Shown here: positions 37,962-47,654 of the stretch, piece after piece | How positions within the stretch are numbered: the first letter of the stretch is position 1 | Layout of the letters: each line of letters opens with the position of its first letter | DNA from: a virus | IMG/VR virus record: IMGVR_UViG_3300029953_000001 | Length of the DNA: 64,000 nucleotides | Strand: one strand, 5' to 3' | Translations under genes and position numbers: made by a program | Notes under the pieces: model-generated | Seen by the model: only the letters and a program-made list of their open reading frames with translations | The model's database searches: none | Told to the model about the DNA's origin: nothing

Positions 37962-39896
37962 CTAATCATCATTAATTAATCCCAATTCCACAAGGAACCG
38001 GCTAGGAGCTACTCTACGTACATCAGCCCCCCGCTGTTCCATAGCATGAGCGCAAATAGTCAACTGGTCTTTAGCTCTAGTACAGGCGACGTACCATAGC
38101 CTGCGCTCTTCCTCAATTTCCTCGGGAGATTGACAGAAGAGATGAGGTAAACTCCCCTCCACTACATTAGTCACATACACCCTTTGAAACTCTAGACCTT
38201 TAGCACTATGTATTGTGCTCACTGTTACTTGCCCTTCCTTGTCATCCTCGCGTGCCCGTTCAAGTGTAATCTGGAAGACCACATCTTCGGTAGTCATCTT
38301 CTGGTCTTCAGAGAGACCGCGAACAAGTTCCTTGAAGCGTTCGATGTTCTCCAGCTTCGACTTTATCTTGTCCGGTTCCTTCTTGTACTTGTTGTCGATG
38401 TACTTGTTGTAGTCCATCGCCGAGATGATTTTGTCGAGAGCCTGAACCGGATACTCTCGGTACCTCTGGATGTTCTCCATGGCAGACACAAACAAGCTGA
38501 GCTTGTCGATGATGTTGCAGCCTTGAATCAGGTCGCCATCATATTTCTCATTCGCCGTCTTGCGGATGCGTTCAAGAGCCACATCACCAACACCACGTTT
38601 CGGTATGCTCACTGCACGAGCGAGAGCGGTGAAGTCTTTCGGGTTGGCGACAAGACGCAAGTAAGAGATAATATCGCGTACCTCTTCTGTCTGAAGTAAG
38701 CCGCGACCACCACGCACCACGTAAGGGATGCGGTAGCGAACGAGGGCGTTCTCAATGTCCATAATCTGACGAGCAGAGCGGACGAGAATCGCGTTGTCCT
38801 TGTATGCGATGTGACCCTTCTTCCGCATATTGTCCTTGTTGATTTCGGATGCGATGAGCAGGGCAATGTCGATGGGCAGAGAGGCTCGTGTTAGTTCAAC
38901 CGTTCCCTTGTTCTCCTCGTCTCCACGGAAGGTGGACATACGAAGGGGCACCGTGTCCACCATCTTCGCCTGTATGTGATTGGCGAGGTAAACAATGCGA
39001 GGAAGACTGCGGTGATTCTTAGCAATCCGGTAGAGAATGGGGGTGCGTCCTCTCCACCCCTCTGAGAACTCCTTGAGGAGATGGGGAGCCGAGCCGTTGA
39101 AGCCCATGATACTCTGAGAAATATCTCCTACCGTCATCAGGTTGGGGTTGTCGGGCGCGAGGAGCCCATTCACGACGCCCCACTGGGGAACAGATAAATC
39201 CTGAGCCTCGTCCACCAGCACAATGGTAAATGCCTTATGCAACTGAGCTAACCACACCGGGTCTTGCTCACATCGGCGATTGAAGAAACACAACATATCC
39301 GAGAAGTCGAGGTTGTTGGCCCGATGTTTTTCTTCCTCATACAGCTTCCAGATTTGTAAGTCGAAGGGCTCCATCGCATGATAACCTGCGTGGGCGACAA
39401 GAGCCTGTTCATGCACATCATCGGTGTAGTCTACACAAAAGCCGAGGCCACGAGCGCGATGGTAGTTCACCTTCTCTAAAAATTTGTATACAAATGAGCC
39501 AAGGCTAATACCCTTTTCTTTGACGTTGACCGTACGTTCCACAATCCGGCGAATCATCTGGCTCTGGTCGTAGTCATCCAGCGGCGTCACTCGCTCCTGT
39601 AAACCAAAACCAGCAGGGTTCTTACGAATCGCGGAGAGAGCAATGGAGTGGATGGTGGATACCTTAGGGGTGAAAAGTGAGTCAGGGGATATGTCCAACC
39701 GCTCTAAAAGCTCACCCGCCGCTTTATTGGTGAAGGTCACGCAACAAATTCGTCTAGGTTCCACCCCCTGAGCGATAAGCCACTTCACACGCTCTGTTAG
39801 TACACGGGTCTTCCCGGAACCCGCACCGGCGATGAGACAGGCAGGAGCACCTAGCGGGTGTTCAACCGCTGCCATCTGTTCTTCATTGAGTTGCAT
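37962..39896 (-). CDS. UvrD/PcrA/Rep-family SF1 DNA helicase
   Basis: Walker A AGAGSGKTRVLTERV, motif Ia CCVTFTNKAAGEL, DEAQD, and downstream helicase motifs. 644 aa. Confidence 0.8.
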   Translation of the reverse strand: MQLNEEQMAAVEHPLGAPACLIAGAGSGKTRVLTERVKWLIAQGVEPRRICCVTFTNKAAGELLERLDISPDSLFTPKVSTIHSIALSAIRKNPAGFGLQERVTPLDDYDQSQMIRRIVERTVNVKEKGISLGSFVYKFLEKVNYHRARGLGFCVDYTDDVHEQALVAHAGYHAMEPFDLQIWKLYEEEKHRANNLDFSDMLCFFNRRCEQDPVWLAQLHKAFTIVLVDEAQDLSVPQWGVVNGLLAPDNPNLMTVGDISQSIMGFNGSAPHLLKEFSEGWRGRTPILYRIAKNHRSLPRIVYLANHIQAKMVDTVPLRMSTFRGDEENKGTVELTRASLPIDIALLIASEINKDNMRKKGHIAYKDNAILVRSARQIMDIENALVRYRIPYVVRGGRGLLQTEEVRDIISYLRLVANPKDFTALARAVSIPKRGVGDVALERIRKTANEKYDGDLIQGCNIIDKLSLFVSAMENIQRYREYPVQALDKIISAMDYNKYIDNKYKKEPDKIKSKLENIERFKELVRGLSEDQKMTTEDVVFQITLERAREDDKEGQVTVSTIHSAKGLEFQRVYVTNVVEGSLPHLFCQSPEEIEEERRLWYVACTRAKDQLTICAHAMEQRGADVRRVAPSRFLVELGLINDD

Positions 39897-39899
39897 TAA

Positions 39900-40076
39900 A
39901 CTATGACCCCACCTTCGTGTCTAACAGTAACTTTGTAGATAGCTCCATCCGAGAGAATCACAGTTCTCTCGGTATAGTCTGCACCCATGCGATGGAGATG
40001 CTCCGCAAAAGCGTTGGCTGTTTGCTCACCGATAGTGAGTTCCTCGTTTAGTTCATCATCTTCACTTGCCATCGGT
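39900..40076 (-). CDS. Small ORF (58 aa), MASEDDELNEELTIGEQ...
   Basis: RBS GGAGTAAAACCG-ATG. Below the ORF tracker size threshold. Found by reading. Confidence 0.3.
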
Positions 40077-40077
40077 T

Positions 40078-40500
40078 TTACTCCTTGACTCTACTTATGG
40101 CTGGCTTGTTCTCGTAGGTTCCCCAAAAGGTCTTACCTTCTAGGTAATACTGCCAAGCCGAGTCAAACTGACAGTTATCTGGAGCAGCAACAAACATCGG
40201 AGCCATATCGGCTGCGGTGTACTTCGAGTGCCCGCATCCAATCTGCGTTATTTGGAAAGCCAGTTCAGGGTGGGCGATAGCGTAGGCGATGAACTCGTCC
40301 ACGAATCCCTTGATGCGGTCGATAGGCAGGATAGCCAGCTTGGCATCCTTGGTGGGGATAGCATAACTGTTGCCATGGTGACCATTACCGCGACCATACT
40401 TGGCCCCGTGTTGTCGAGCGGCGATAAGAGCCGCACCGAGTCCGTGGGCTCCTGCTAGGTTAGAGCCGAAGACAAATATCATTTGTGGTCTTCTCTCCAC
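40078..40500 (-). CDS. Hypothetical Rossmann-like protein (140 aa), SLOG/LOG-like glycine motif (FVFGSNLAGAHGLGAALIAARQHG)
   Basis: The glycine-rich N-terminal motif resembles the LOG/SLOG nucleotide-binding class. Weak. GTG start. Confidence 0.35.
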   Translation of the reverse strand: MERRPQMIFVFGSNLAGAHGLGAALIAARQHGAKYGRGNGHHGNSYAIPTKDAKLAILPIDRIKGFVDEFIAYAIAHPELAFQITQIGCGHSKYTAADMAPMFVAAPDNCQFDSAWQYYLEGKTFWGTYENKPAISRVKE

Positions 40501-40832
40501 TGATCTTCATAGAGCTTCTGCACATCAGGTGAAAGGATGGCCGGATGGCAGTCTGCTGGGGCACCAGTGGACGTGAGCCCTGCACAATAGTATGGGGGTG
40601 GCGGGGAGTCCTTCTGGCTCTCTTCAGCCCAGTGGGAGATGAGCAGGGGCATACCTACGAACGGGGCGAGGATGATAAACAGCAGCATACCACTGAGCCA
40701 CATCCCTTTCTTGACATCCTCATCAGGCACAGGCTTGTGGCAGTAACATGTACAGCCGCCAGCCTTGCACACCTGAGCGACCGATGGCTTCTTCTCTTCC
40801 TTGCGCTTGTTACGACGAGTCCAGCCGACCAT
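40479..40832 (-). CDS. Membrane protein (117 aa)
   Basis: Hydrophobic helix LSGMLLFIILAPFVGMPLLI. Confidence 0.4.
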   Translation of the reverse strand: MVGWTRRNKRKEEKKPSVAQVCKAGGCTCYCHKPVPDEDVKKGMWLSGMLLFIILAPFVGMPLLISHWAEESQKDSPPPPYYCAGLTSTGAPADCHPAILSPDVQKLYEDQWREDHK

Positions 40833-40835
40833 GGT

Positions 40836-41339
40836 TCACCTCTCTTTCGCTAACTCACATTCACGACAAATCATCTGTATCATTTCTTTGTCTGGTTGGA
40901 ACACGCAATTGCACATAGAGCACTGATACTCTGACACGTTGGAATTGTCTTCTCCATTGAGAGGGAACTTGCGAATCTTCAAATCGTTGTTGGCGAAATC
41001 GCAGAAACTACAGGTGCATTCACCATGCTTGGATGCCACTTCCCTACAATACTTCAGCTTGTCATGATATGACGTGAAGAATCTTGGTAACTCCCCGGCT
41101 CCCTCTGCGGCAAGCAGCCACATACGGATGTTAGGCAGCGAGGCCATCTCTTCGATACGGGCGTGGCAGTGGCAACCACAGTTGCTTAGTAAACTATCGT
41201 CCTGCCATGTCATGCAACAGGCACAGTCATATGCTTCAGCAAAGGGAGATGAGTCGTTGCCTGTCCAGCACCAGAGCCAACGTGCTTGGTTACTTGAGAG
41301 AAGCTTTTCGAGGATGAGACCGGCTTTTGTTCTATACAT
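40836..41339 (-). CDS. Cys-rich hypothetical protein (167 aa)
   Basis: Many Cys pairs (CACCMTW, CGCHCH, CTCSFCDF, CSMCNC). Confidence 0.4.
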   Translation of the reverse strand: MYRTKAGLILEKLLSSNQARWLWCWTGNDSSPFAEAYDCACCMTWQDDSLLSNCGCHCHARIEEMASLPNIRMWLLAAEGAGELPRFFTSYHDKLKYCREVASKHGECTCSFCDFANNDLKIRKFPLNGEDNSNVSEYQCSMCNCVFQPDKEMIQMICRECELAKER

Positions 41340-41351
41340 GATGGATAATAC

Positions 41352-41747
41352 TCAGTCCTTGGGTTTGTATACGGGGAAGTTCGGGCCGCAGGGGTAAATG
41401 TACCGAGTTGACGCCTCGAACAGAGCATCCCGGTTGATGACCCGACCATCGTTCCGGGTCTCGATGTTTCTCCAACACTGCTCCGGGTCGTTCTCCCACA
41501 CCAGCCACTGAATCTGGCACTCGTAGTTCACGCCCTTGAGATAGGCGACGGCATTGTGGCGAACGTCAGGAAAGATGAAACCATAGTCTGAGAGAACTAT
41601 AGTACCGCTGCTAAGCAATCTGGTTGGCACCACTCGATACAACTCTCCTGTCTGTGTCACGTCATCGAGGAACGGGTGTCCTGAGTTGTTTCCAAAATAG
41701 GACTTCCCGCTCCCCGGTAACCCGACAAGTAGAATGAACTTTGTCAT
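41352..41747 (-). CDS. P-loop nucleotide/polynucleotide kinase-like protein (131 aa)
   Basis: Walker A LLVGLPGSGKSYFG at the N-terminus. Small kinase fold. Confidence 0.55.
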   Translation of the reverse strand: MTKFILLVGLPGSGKSYFGNNSGHPFLDDVTQTGELYRVVPTRLLSSGTIVLSDYGFIFPDVRHNAVAYLKGVNYECQIQWLVWENDPEQCWRNIETRNDGRVINRDALFEASTRYIYPCGPNFPVYKPKD

Positions 41748-42247
41748 TTGGGCTCAGCCTCTCCGATGACCCCAACAGTCACCAACGCAAGGTAGAGGTT
41801 GTAGGGCGTGCATACCTTCCGCACGTAGTTGGATGAGTTCCCGTAGTAGTCGTTGGTACCTGACTCCTCGCTCGTGAGTTCTGCTTCCTTCACCAAACGC
41901 TTGTACTGAAGGAAGGTAATCTCCGGGCAGAACTTTGCCAAGATGTCGTCAAGGCATTCAATGGTGGGGTCGTCGTGAGCCTCAGTGTAAGCGTAGTGCG
42001 GGTCGCCACCTTCTCCAGTGTCCCAGCAGCTACCGCCAGAGATACCACCTACGTGAACTTCAGAACCTTCGAGACGGGTCTGACGATTGATGTCAGCAGC
42101 ATCCTTCACCGTCTCCCACGTAGTGTAGTAACCCCGGCCCCGGTCGTTGTTGGGGTTCTTCAAGGAGCCACGTGCGATGGCGAAGACGCGGATGGCAAAC
42201 TCTCCGAATCCAATGTCGTTTGTCTTTTCCAACTTAGTCTTGGCCAT
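41744..42247 (-). CDS. Hypothetical protein (167 aa)
   Basis: Complete ORF; start overlaps the upstream stop. Confidence 0.4.
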   Translation of the reverse strand: MAKTKLEKTNDIGFGEFAIRVFAIARGSLKNPNNDRGRGYYTTWETVKDAADINRQTRLEGSEVHVGGISGGSCWDTGEGGDPHYAYTEAHDDPTIECLDDILAKFCPEITFLQYKRLVKEAELTSEESGTNDYYGNSSNYVRKVCTPYNLYLALVTVGVIGEAEPK

Positions 42248-42485
42248 GGTGTACCTCCTGTGGCATTATACATGAAAACGCCGTGAGTCTCCTCACGGCG
42301 TTTCAACTTTTCTCGGCGGAGAGCAGTAGACCTTATTTTTGAGTTTAAGTCAATGGTTTAGAAGGAAGGGTTACAATAGCCGCCGATTCTTGATTGACGA
42401 GGGTGTTTCAGATACACGCCCAGCATATGCCACTGAGGTTGTTAGACCACGCATCTCGCGTAGCACCATGCCCTCGTCAAAGTTG

Positions 42486-44675
42486 TTAGGCCGACTTCGC
42501 CTTGGACTTTGCCTTCGGCTTCACGACTTCATCAGTCATGAACTCCGACGCAATCTTATCCAGTTCGAAGGGAGTTCCGGCCTTTACCGAGAACACCACG
42601 TCTGCCTTGGTTTCGTCAGTTACAAGCTTACCACGTCCTGCGGCGTGGAGAGCAAACAAATCGTACAGGTTCGGCTTCTTGATGTTCGTGAAAGCCCTAC
42701 CGAGAAGTTCGATGGTACCGCGAGTCGAGGCAACAGTGTTCCCGCCCCAACCGTAGTCACAACGCGAGTTCATCGCAGCGTCGGCCCAGATGACCTTGCG
42801 GTCAACGAGGTCGATAATCATGGGCACACCTGAGCGTGCAGCCATCGACAGGTCAGCCTTGTCCTCAATGGTACGAGGGTCAAAGACTTCTCCCGACTGT
42901 GCCTTCTCACGCAGCATGAAGCCAGCGAAGCACTCCGGCAGGTCGCAGAAGTTCTGCTCCGTGTATCCGTGAACCGTCATGACAACGTAACGTACACGCT
43001 GCTTGATAGCCTTTGGGATGTCCACGTCGATGAACTCCGCAGCACCGTTCGGTGCCGACGTGATGTCGCCGCTGTGAACCGCGTAGCCTTCACGCAGGTT
43101 GTAGAACGTGACCGCACCGAGAGCGTTCCAGTTCTCGTCATAGGATGACGCCGACAAGTCTAGGTCTACCCGGTTGCCCCAGTAGGTGTCCGCCTTGTCC
43201 TCCTTCATGTCATGCCACCAGATGAAGAAGCGGAGGGTGTCCTTGTCATTGCCGAAGGCCAGCTTCGAGCCACGCACGAGAGTACGCAGGGACTTGCTTG
43301 CCGAACGCTGTGAGAAGGGCACGAGGCACTCCCTCAGAGCCGGGTCAATGTAGACCTTGCCCAGCTTCGGCAGAGCGGAGAACCGCTCAGCGAGAACACG
43401 CTTGATGCCATCGACCACGAGCAAGCAGATGCTGGGACGCAGCGTCGGCAGGTCGTTCTCCAGAGCCGTGCAATGAGCCACGTTGCCCTTCGGGAATACC
43501 ACACGCAGAACATAACCCTCCGCACGATTCGAGAAGTGCGTCATGACCTGCAACAGTACCGGCGTAGAAACATCCGATGCTACATCCAAGAAAGACTCCG
43601 CGACACGAGTCTGAGTACGAGCCGCCGCATTGCGGAGCACGTGGTCGAGACGACGAGCGAACTCACCCGGACGCTGCTGAAGCAACGTGATGCTCTTGAT
43701 GGTCTCGCCAGCACGCACGGACGCTTCTACCTGCGAACGGTAGGTCTCAATGGTCTTGTTGTTACGCAAGTCCTTGAACGCATAGAACGAGGTAGGGAAC
43801 TTCTTCTGGAACTCGCCCGGATGCAGACGCTCACCGAGACGAATCCAGCGGGACGGCCAACGGGCCATGTCCTCTGCCTTGTTCTTGATGGGCTCCAGCA
43901 AGCCGAGAATGTAACGACGCTCCGAACGCTTGAACGCCTTGAACTTGGACTTGTCCGTAAGAGACACGTCACCGCCGCTCATCGCCGTAGCGAGACGAAG
44001 TACGTCCGTGGCCGTCTTGAAGTACGGAGTGAGGTCGATGACACCGTTGACCAGCAAGGAACCCACGAAAGCGAGGTTCTCCTTGTTGCTGATGAGAGCA
44101 AGGGACTCTTCCACGTTGCCGTAGCCAGCCGTGATGAGAGCCTTCAGGTCTTCCTTGTCGGATGCCGACAGAGACGTGTTCGACTTGGCGAGGTTGTTGG
44201 CAATCTCGTCTGCCTCATTTGCCGTGGCAACTTCAATGACACGCAGGTTCACACGCTCATCGAGCGGGGCACGCTTATCCTTCGCGTACTTCGGCAACCA
44301 AATCATGTCCGGGTCGCCGGTCGCGTCTACCAGTCGGAACGAGAAGTAGTGGATGATGGCGTTGAAGTACAACTCCGCCGCGTCGGCCTCGATGACCTGC
44401 TGAGGGAAATTCGGGTACATGGGCGTGTAGTTGCGGACGCCCTTCTGCTCCTTGAGAACAGCGAGGATGTCATCAAAAATCTTGAACGCGGTTACGCCGT
44501 TCAAGTTCGTCAACGCACGGAAGAGCGTGGGGGAGAGGGTGTAGCCCAATGACTGAAGGTTCAAGTTGAACGTCGATACTGCCGGGACATTCAAAGTGAA
44601 CTTGTGAGCAGTCTTCGTCCCTGCCGGGAGAAGAACCTTGTTCTTACGACGCAAAAGAATGGATTGGACGTTCAT
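42486..44675 (-). CDS. Large hypothetical protein (729 aa); possible MIDAS-like DxSxS segment (VDLDLSASS)
   Basis: Complete ORF flanked by the repeated 30-nt intergenic motif. No confident domain. Confidence 0.45.
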   Translation of the reverse strand: MNVQSILLRRKNKVLLPAGTKTAHKFTLNVPAVSTFNLNLQSLGYTLSPTLFRALTNLNGVTAFKIFDDILAVLKEQKGVRNYTPMYPNFPQQVIEADAAELYFNAIIHYFSFRLVDATGDPDMIWLPKYAKDKRAPLDERVNLRVIEVATANEADEIANNLAKSNTSLSASDKEDLKALITAGYGNVEESLALISNKENLAFVGSLLVNGVIDLTPYFKTATDVLRLATAMSGGDVSLTDKSKFKAFKRSERRYILGLLEPIKNKAEDMARWPSRWIRLGERLHPGEFQKKFPTSFYAFKDLRNNKTIETYRSQVEASVRAGETIKSITLLQQRPGEFARRLDHVLRNAAARTQTRVAESFLDVASDVSTPVLLQVMTHFSNRAEGYVLRVVFPKGNVAHCTALENDLPTLRPSICLLVVDGIKRVLAERFSALPKLGKVYIDPALRECLVPFSQRSASKSLRTLVRGSKLAFGNDKDTLRFFIWWHDMKEDKADTYWGNRVDLDLSASSYDENWNALGAVTFYNLREGYAVHSGDITSAPNGAAEFIDVDIPKAIKQRVRYVVMTVHGYTEQNFCDLPECFAGFMLREKAQSGEVFDPRTIEDKADLSMAARSGVPMIIDLVDRKVIWADAAMNSRCDYGWGGNTVASTRGTIELLGRAFTNIKKPNLYDLFALHAAGRGKLVTDETKADVVFSVKAGTPFELDKIASEFMTDEVVKPKAKSKAKSA

Positions 44676-45103
44676 TGGACGTTACCTCTTTCAAGCAAAA
44701 TAGTCGGGGAGCATCAGACCTAATCGTTGGCAAAGCCCGAAGGCTTTAAGTGAGAAGGAAGGGCTGAAATAGCCGACCAGTATGGGCTAGGGAGTAGTGT
44801 ACCTGAGTCTCATCCAATAGAAGTGTAGAAGGAAGGGACACAATAGCCAGCCCAGTTTCTATAATACGACAGAAATGGAAAAATGTGTGAAGTATTTTTC
44901 AGCACATATCCCATGCACGGATTTCGGAGTGTTCGAAGTCTACATCGGCGAGGTTCTCTTCGCCTACCATCTCAGCCGCGAACGCACGGTAAGTCTCTTC
45001 CGTGGAGTCGGAGGGGTGGTGGAACTCGAACTGGAACTTACGAGGGTCTCCGTCTTCGGTCTCGACACGATGGCCGCAGCAACCGGAGTCGCAACCGTAG
45101 TAG

Positions 45104-45421
45104 CTATGTAGGATTAGAAGTTTCATTCTGTAACCTCACTAATTCTGCGTACCCCGCAGGGTTCCACTCTTTATACACCCGAGGGTTGACGAACATGAAC
45201 GTAGGTGCAAGGTCATACCGTTGGACTTCTGCGAAGGCGTCAGCCATACCCTCAAGGGTAATTGCACCCGGAGTGGGCTGGGGGGTTGGTACGTTCCACA
45301 AATACCCCATCACGCCACGCTGCTTCAGCAACTCAAGGTCAACAGGAACAGGTGCTGGCGTCGGGAGTACCGCCGCGACCGCTACTGCAACCATGGTGCC
45401 TAAAAAGTTTCTACGGTTCAA
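45104..45421 (-). CDS. Tat-signal protein (105 aa), paralogue family
   Basis: MNRRNFLGTMVAVAVAAVLP twin-arginine motif. MFVNPRVYKEW motif shared with 45654..46265. Confidence 0.5.
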   Translation of the reverse strand: MNRRNFLGTMVAVAVAAVLPTPAPVPVDLELLKQRGVMGYLWNVPTPQPTPGAITLEGMADAFAEVQRYDLAPTFMFVNPRVYKEWNPAGYAELVRLQNETSNPT

Positions 45422-45653
45422 TCTCCTGCCTCCATGAAGTGCGTGATGGGACCATACTTCGGCTGGGCTGCAATCTTCCAGCAGTTTATGATTCGGAATG
45501 CTCGACCTGTGCCGGTGAGAATACGACCAGTCTGAGTCTTCACTGCGAAGAAGCGTTCCTTCGATTCATCGGTGGGGGCTCCGGGAGTCCATGCCTCTGG
45601 AGGCAGGGTACCGGCCCAGTCACCAATCGCTTGCAGATGTTTTTCTTTTTCTC

Positions 45654-46265
45654 TCATGCGAAGAACTGCTCCCCAACTTTCTCGTTCACGAACAGCACGA
45701 CGTTCCAATCAGTGGGCTTGCGAGTATAGGTCGCAGTGTGATGGAAGAACCCCTTAGTAGAAAGCTCAACCCAGTCCACAGGTGCGGACGCCCTGTAACT
45801 CTTCGGCCTGTCTCCGACGTACCGGCGTTCGGTACGAACACGAATCTCATCCATGGGGAGGTCGAGGTCACCCACCACGATGGCTCCCCACATGTACCCC
45901 ATGACCGGGCGACCCTCGGTGTAGTGATAACTCGCACAGACCATATCGCCGGGACTACCGTTGAAGTGACGACCCTTACTCCATGACTTCTTAGCCCCTC
46001 TGCTGTATCGAGACTCCCCCATAAAATCCTCCCAACCAATGGTGTCTTCAAGCCAGAGAAGATTGTCGGGGTTGATGTAAAGAACCTCCGCCCGATCCCC
46101 ATGAGCTTCCATCTTGTCGAAGGCGTCCTTGATACTTTCAGGAGATAGCCCCGGCGTCAGCTTGATAGGCTGGGGTGTGGGAACGTACTTCGCCAACGCT
46201 GTGAGCGGAGAGACGAGGGCGAGAGCCACCGATGTTTGGAGAAAATTTCGACGCGATACTAACAT
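45654..46265 (-). CDS. Tat-signal protein (203 aa), paralogue family
   Basis: MLVSRRNFLQTSVALALVSPLTALA, then LYINPDNLLWLED. Confidence 0.5.
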   Translation of the reverse strand: MLVSRRNFLQTSVALALVSPLTALAKYVPTPQPIKLTPGLSPESIKDAFDKMEAHGDRAEVLYINPDNLLWLEDTIGWEDFMGESRYSRGAKKSWSKGRHFNGSPGDMVCASYHYTEGRPVMGYMWGAIVVGDLDLPMDEIRVRTERRYVGDRPKSYRASAPVDWVELSTKGFFHHTATYTRKPTDWNVVLFVNEKVGEQFFA

Positions 46266-46280
46266 GATTCCTCATTTCTA

Positions 46281-46352
46281 GTTCCGGCGCAGGGAGTCGA
46301 ACCCCAGTTCAAGGCTTCAAAGACCCGTGTCCTACCCAAAATAGTACCTTCC
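46281..46352 (-). tRNA. tRNA-like element (T-arm + acceptor 3' strand clear; 5' acceptor partner not found); possible pseudo-tRNA, anticodon-loop-like CUUUGAA
   Basis: On the minus strand CTGGGGTTCGACTCCCTG-CGCCGGA. No complementary 5' strand within 80 nt. Confidence 0.25.
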
Positions 46353-46483
46353 GTTAAGGATGTTCTGTGTCCGGTACACTGTGTAAAACCGGGTTGTAGC
46401 TTTCTTATAGTTTCTCATGAACCTATCAACCTCTCAGATGCTGAGGAGCTAACCTCTACTAAAGAGGTTGATAGTCACGAAAG

Positions 46484-46564
46484 AGCTACGAGAGGGATTC
46501 GAACCCCCGGTGTTTGTATGCCGCATTACAAGTGCGGTGCATTCGACCACTCAGCCATCGTAGC
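46484..46564 (-). tRNA. tRNA, anticodon arm CCGCA-CUUGUAA-UGCGG (UGU, Thr-like); atypical 81 nt with extra ACAAACA insert before the T-arm
   Basis: Perfect acceptor GCTACGA/TCGTAGC. T-arm GGGGG-TTCGAAT-CCCTC. No encoded CCA. Confidence 0.45.
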
Positions 46565-46570
46565 ATACCT

Positions 46571-46840
46571 TTACATTTTTACAAAAGAGAGTACCGGTAC
46601 ATCTGGGTAGCTCTCCCTGACTTCTTTATTCCAAACCTCGTGCCTTGCATGACATTCTGAACAGTAGAACGCTCCCGCATCGAAGGAGTGGTCTTGATAA
46701 TCACTCGACCAACCCCCTGTGCCGGGAGGGCACCAGAACTCAGCCGAGTTTTCACATCTCCCCTTGTAGTTCTCAATGTCCGTGGATACAAACCCCACAG
46801 ACTCCGGTACGCCCATGCATTGAATCTTCAAATCGGTCAT
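46571..46840 (-). CDS. Hypothetical Cys-containing protein (89 aa)
   Basis: Complete ORF. Confidence 0.35.
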   Translation of the reverse strand: MTDLKIQCMGVPESVGFVSTDIENYKGRCENSAEFWCPPGTGGWSSDYQDHSFDAGAFYCSECHARHEVWNKEVRESYPDVPVLSFVKM

Positions 46841-46848
46841 GTATCCTC

Positions 46849-47156
46849 TTACTTATACTTCGGGAAGAATCCAAAGTTCTTGGGGTACTCTTCTCTCGGT
46901 ATGAAAACGATTGCAACTTCTTGTCCGTTCAACGTGGACTCGGTGATGACTTGATGCTTCGGCACTTCCTTCGCCTTCTCGAACTCCTCGTCGGTTACCT
47001 TGCACACAACCTTGGCGAAGGACGTTTGCAGCCACTTGACCATATCCGGGTCGGTGGGGAAGTTCAGGTAGAGCGACAGAGGCCCGTGTGCTGCGGCCAC
47101 GATGGCGTTACCTACCGGGATGGAGCCCTTCACCAAAACGTACATCTTCAATTTCA
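46849..47156 (-). CDS. PTH2-like peptidyl-tRNA hydrolase candidate (about 102 aa; true start at the internal Met, MKLKMYVLV...)
   Basis: The listed ORF 46849..47448 runs through two tRNA genes, so the start was re-assigned to ATG at 47154-47156 (GAGG 9 nt upstream). KMYVLVKGSIPVGNAIVAAAHG and KVVCKVTDEEFEKAKE...VAIVFIP follow the PTH2 pattern. Confidence 0.4.
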
Positions 47157-47246
47157 TGCTGGCCTCGTGTATGAGTCCGATAGGGCTCATTGGACTCATA
47201 TATGAAGCACTAAAGCCGTTAGTGCTCCATATATGGGACTTTATCT

Positions 47247-47319
47247 TGGTGGGCACTTCGGGAGTTGAACCCGAATCACCGTTTCCCTTGGCAGGGTGCC
47301 ACGGTGAACCAATGTGCCC
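47247..47319 (-). tRNA. tRNA-like gene with encoded CCA, good acceptor and T-arm but no canonical anticodon arm (pseudo-tRNA?)
   Basis: GGGCACA...TCGGG-TTCAACT-CCCGA-AGTGCCC-A-CCA. No 5-bp/7-nt anticodon stem-loop in the middle region. Confidence 0.3.
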
Positions 47320-47325
47320 GAATCT

Positions 47326-47412
47326 TGGTTGGGGAGGCAGGATTCGAACCTGCAATGAGCTTACGCTCGGGGGCTTCAAAGGCCCTTGACCTACCATTGG
47401 TACGACTCCCCA
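47326..47412 (-). tRNA. tRNA, 87 nt with encoded CCA and a long variable arm (GAGC-GTAA-GCTC); U1:A72 Gln-like acceptor; anticodon read as UUG (alternative parse UGA)
   Basis: TGGGGAG ... AGGGC-CUUUGAA-GCCCC ... GCAGG-TTCGAAT-CCTGC-CTCCCCA-A-CCA. Confidence 0.5.
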
Positions 47413-47417
47413 ATAAC

Positions 47418-47651
47418 TTATGCTGTGACCAAATCCTTCGGAGGCCACTCAAACTTCCAGTTGCTCCGCTCACGAATCTTGTTATCGCGAATGTTGTAGA
47501 ACCCGGCGTACGCTGCACACGTGATAGAGCAGAACACAGGATGACTCAGGTCGTCCGGCATCTCAACCATCTGAGGCCCACGTGGGGTGTCAGGGTCTTC
47601 GTGATGACGCCGATAATCTGCACAACCGGGTGCTGGACACGCAATCAACAT
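47418..47651 (-). CDS. Small Cys/His protein (77 aa), same frame as and 3 nt downstream of the RNA ligase TGA
   Basis: CPAPGC...H...C..TC. ATG at 47649-47651. Confidence 0.35.
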   Translation of the reverse strand: MLIACPAPGCADYRRHHEDPDTPRGPQMVEMPDDLSHPVFCSITCAAYAGFYNIRDNKIRERSNWKFEWPPKDLVTA

Positions 47652-47654
47652 AGC

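Noticed and set aside
43473-44552. 359-aa plus-strand ORF
   Set aside because: Lies entirely antisense within the 729-aa gene. Arg-rich composition. No start context.
46849-47448. Listed 199-aa ORF extending through two tRNA genes
   Set aside because: The N-terminal 97 codons overlap tRNA-type genes at 47247..47412. The start was re-assigned to the internal ATG at 47156.
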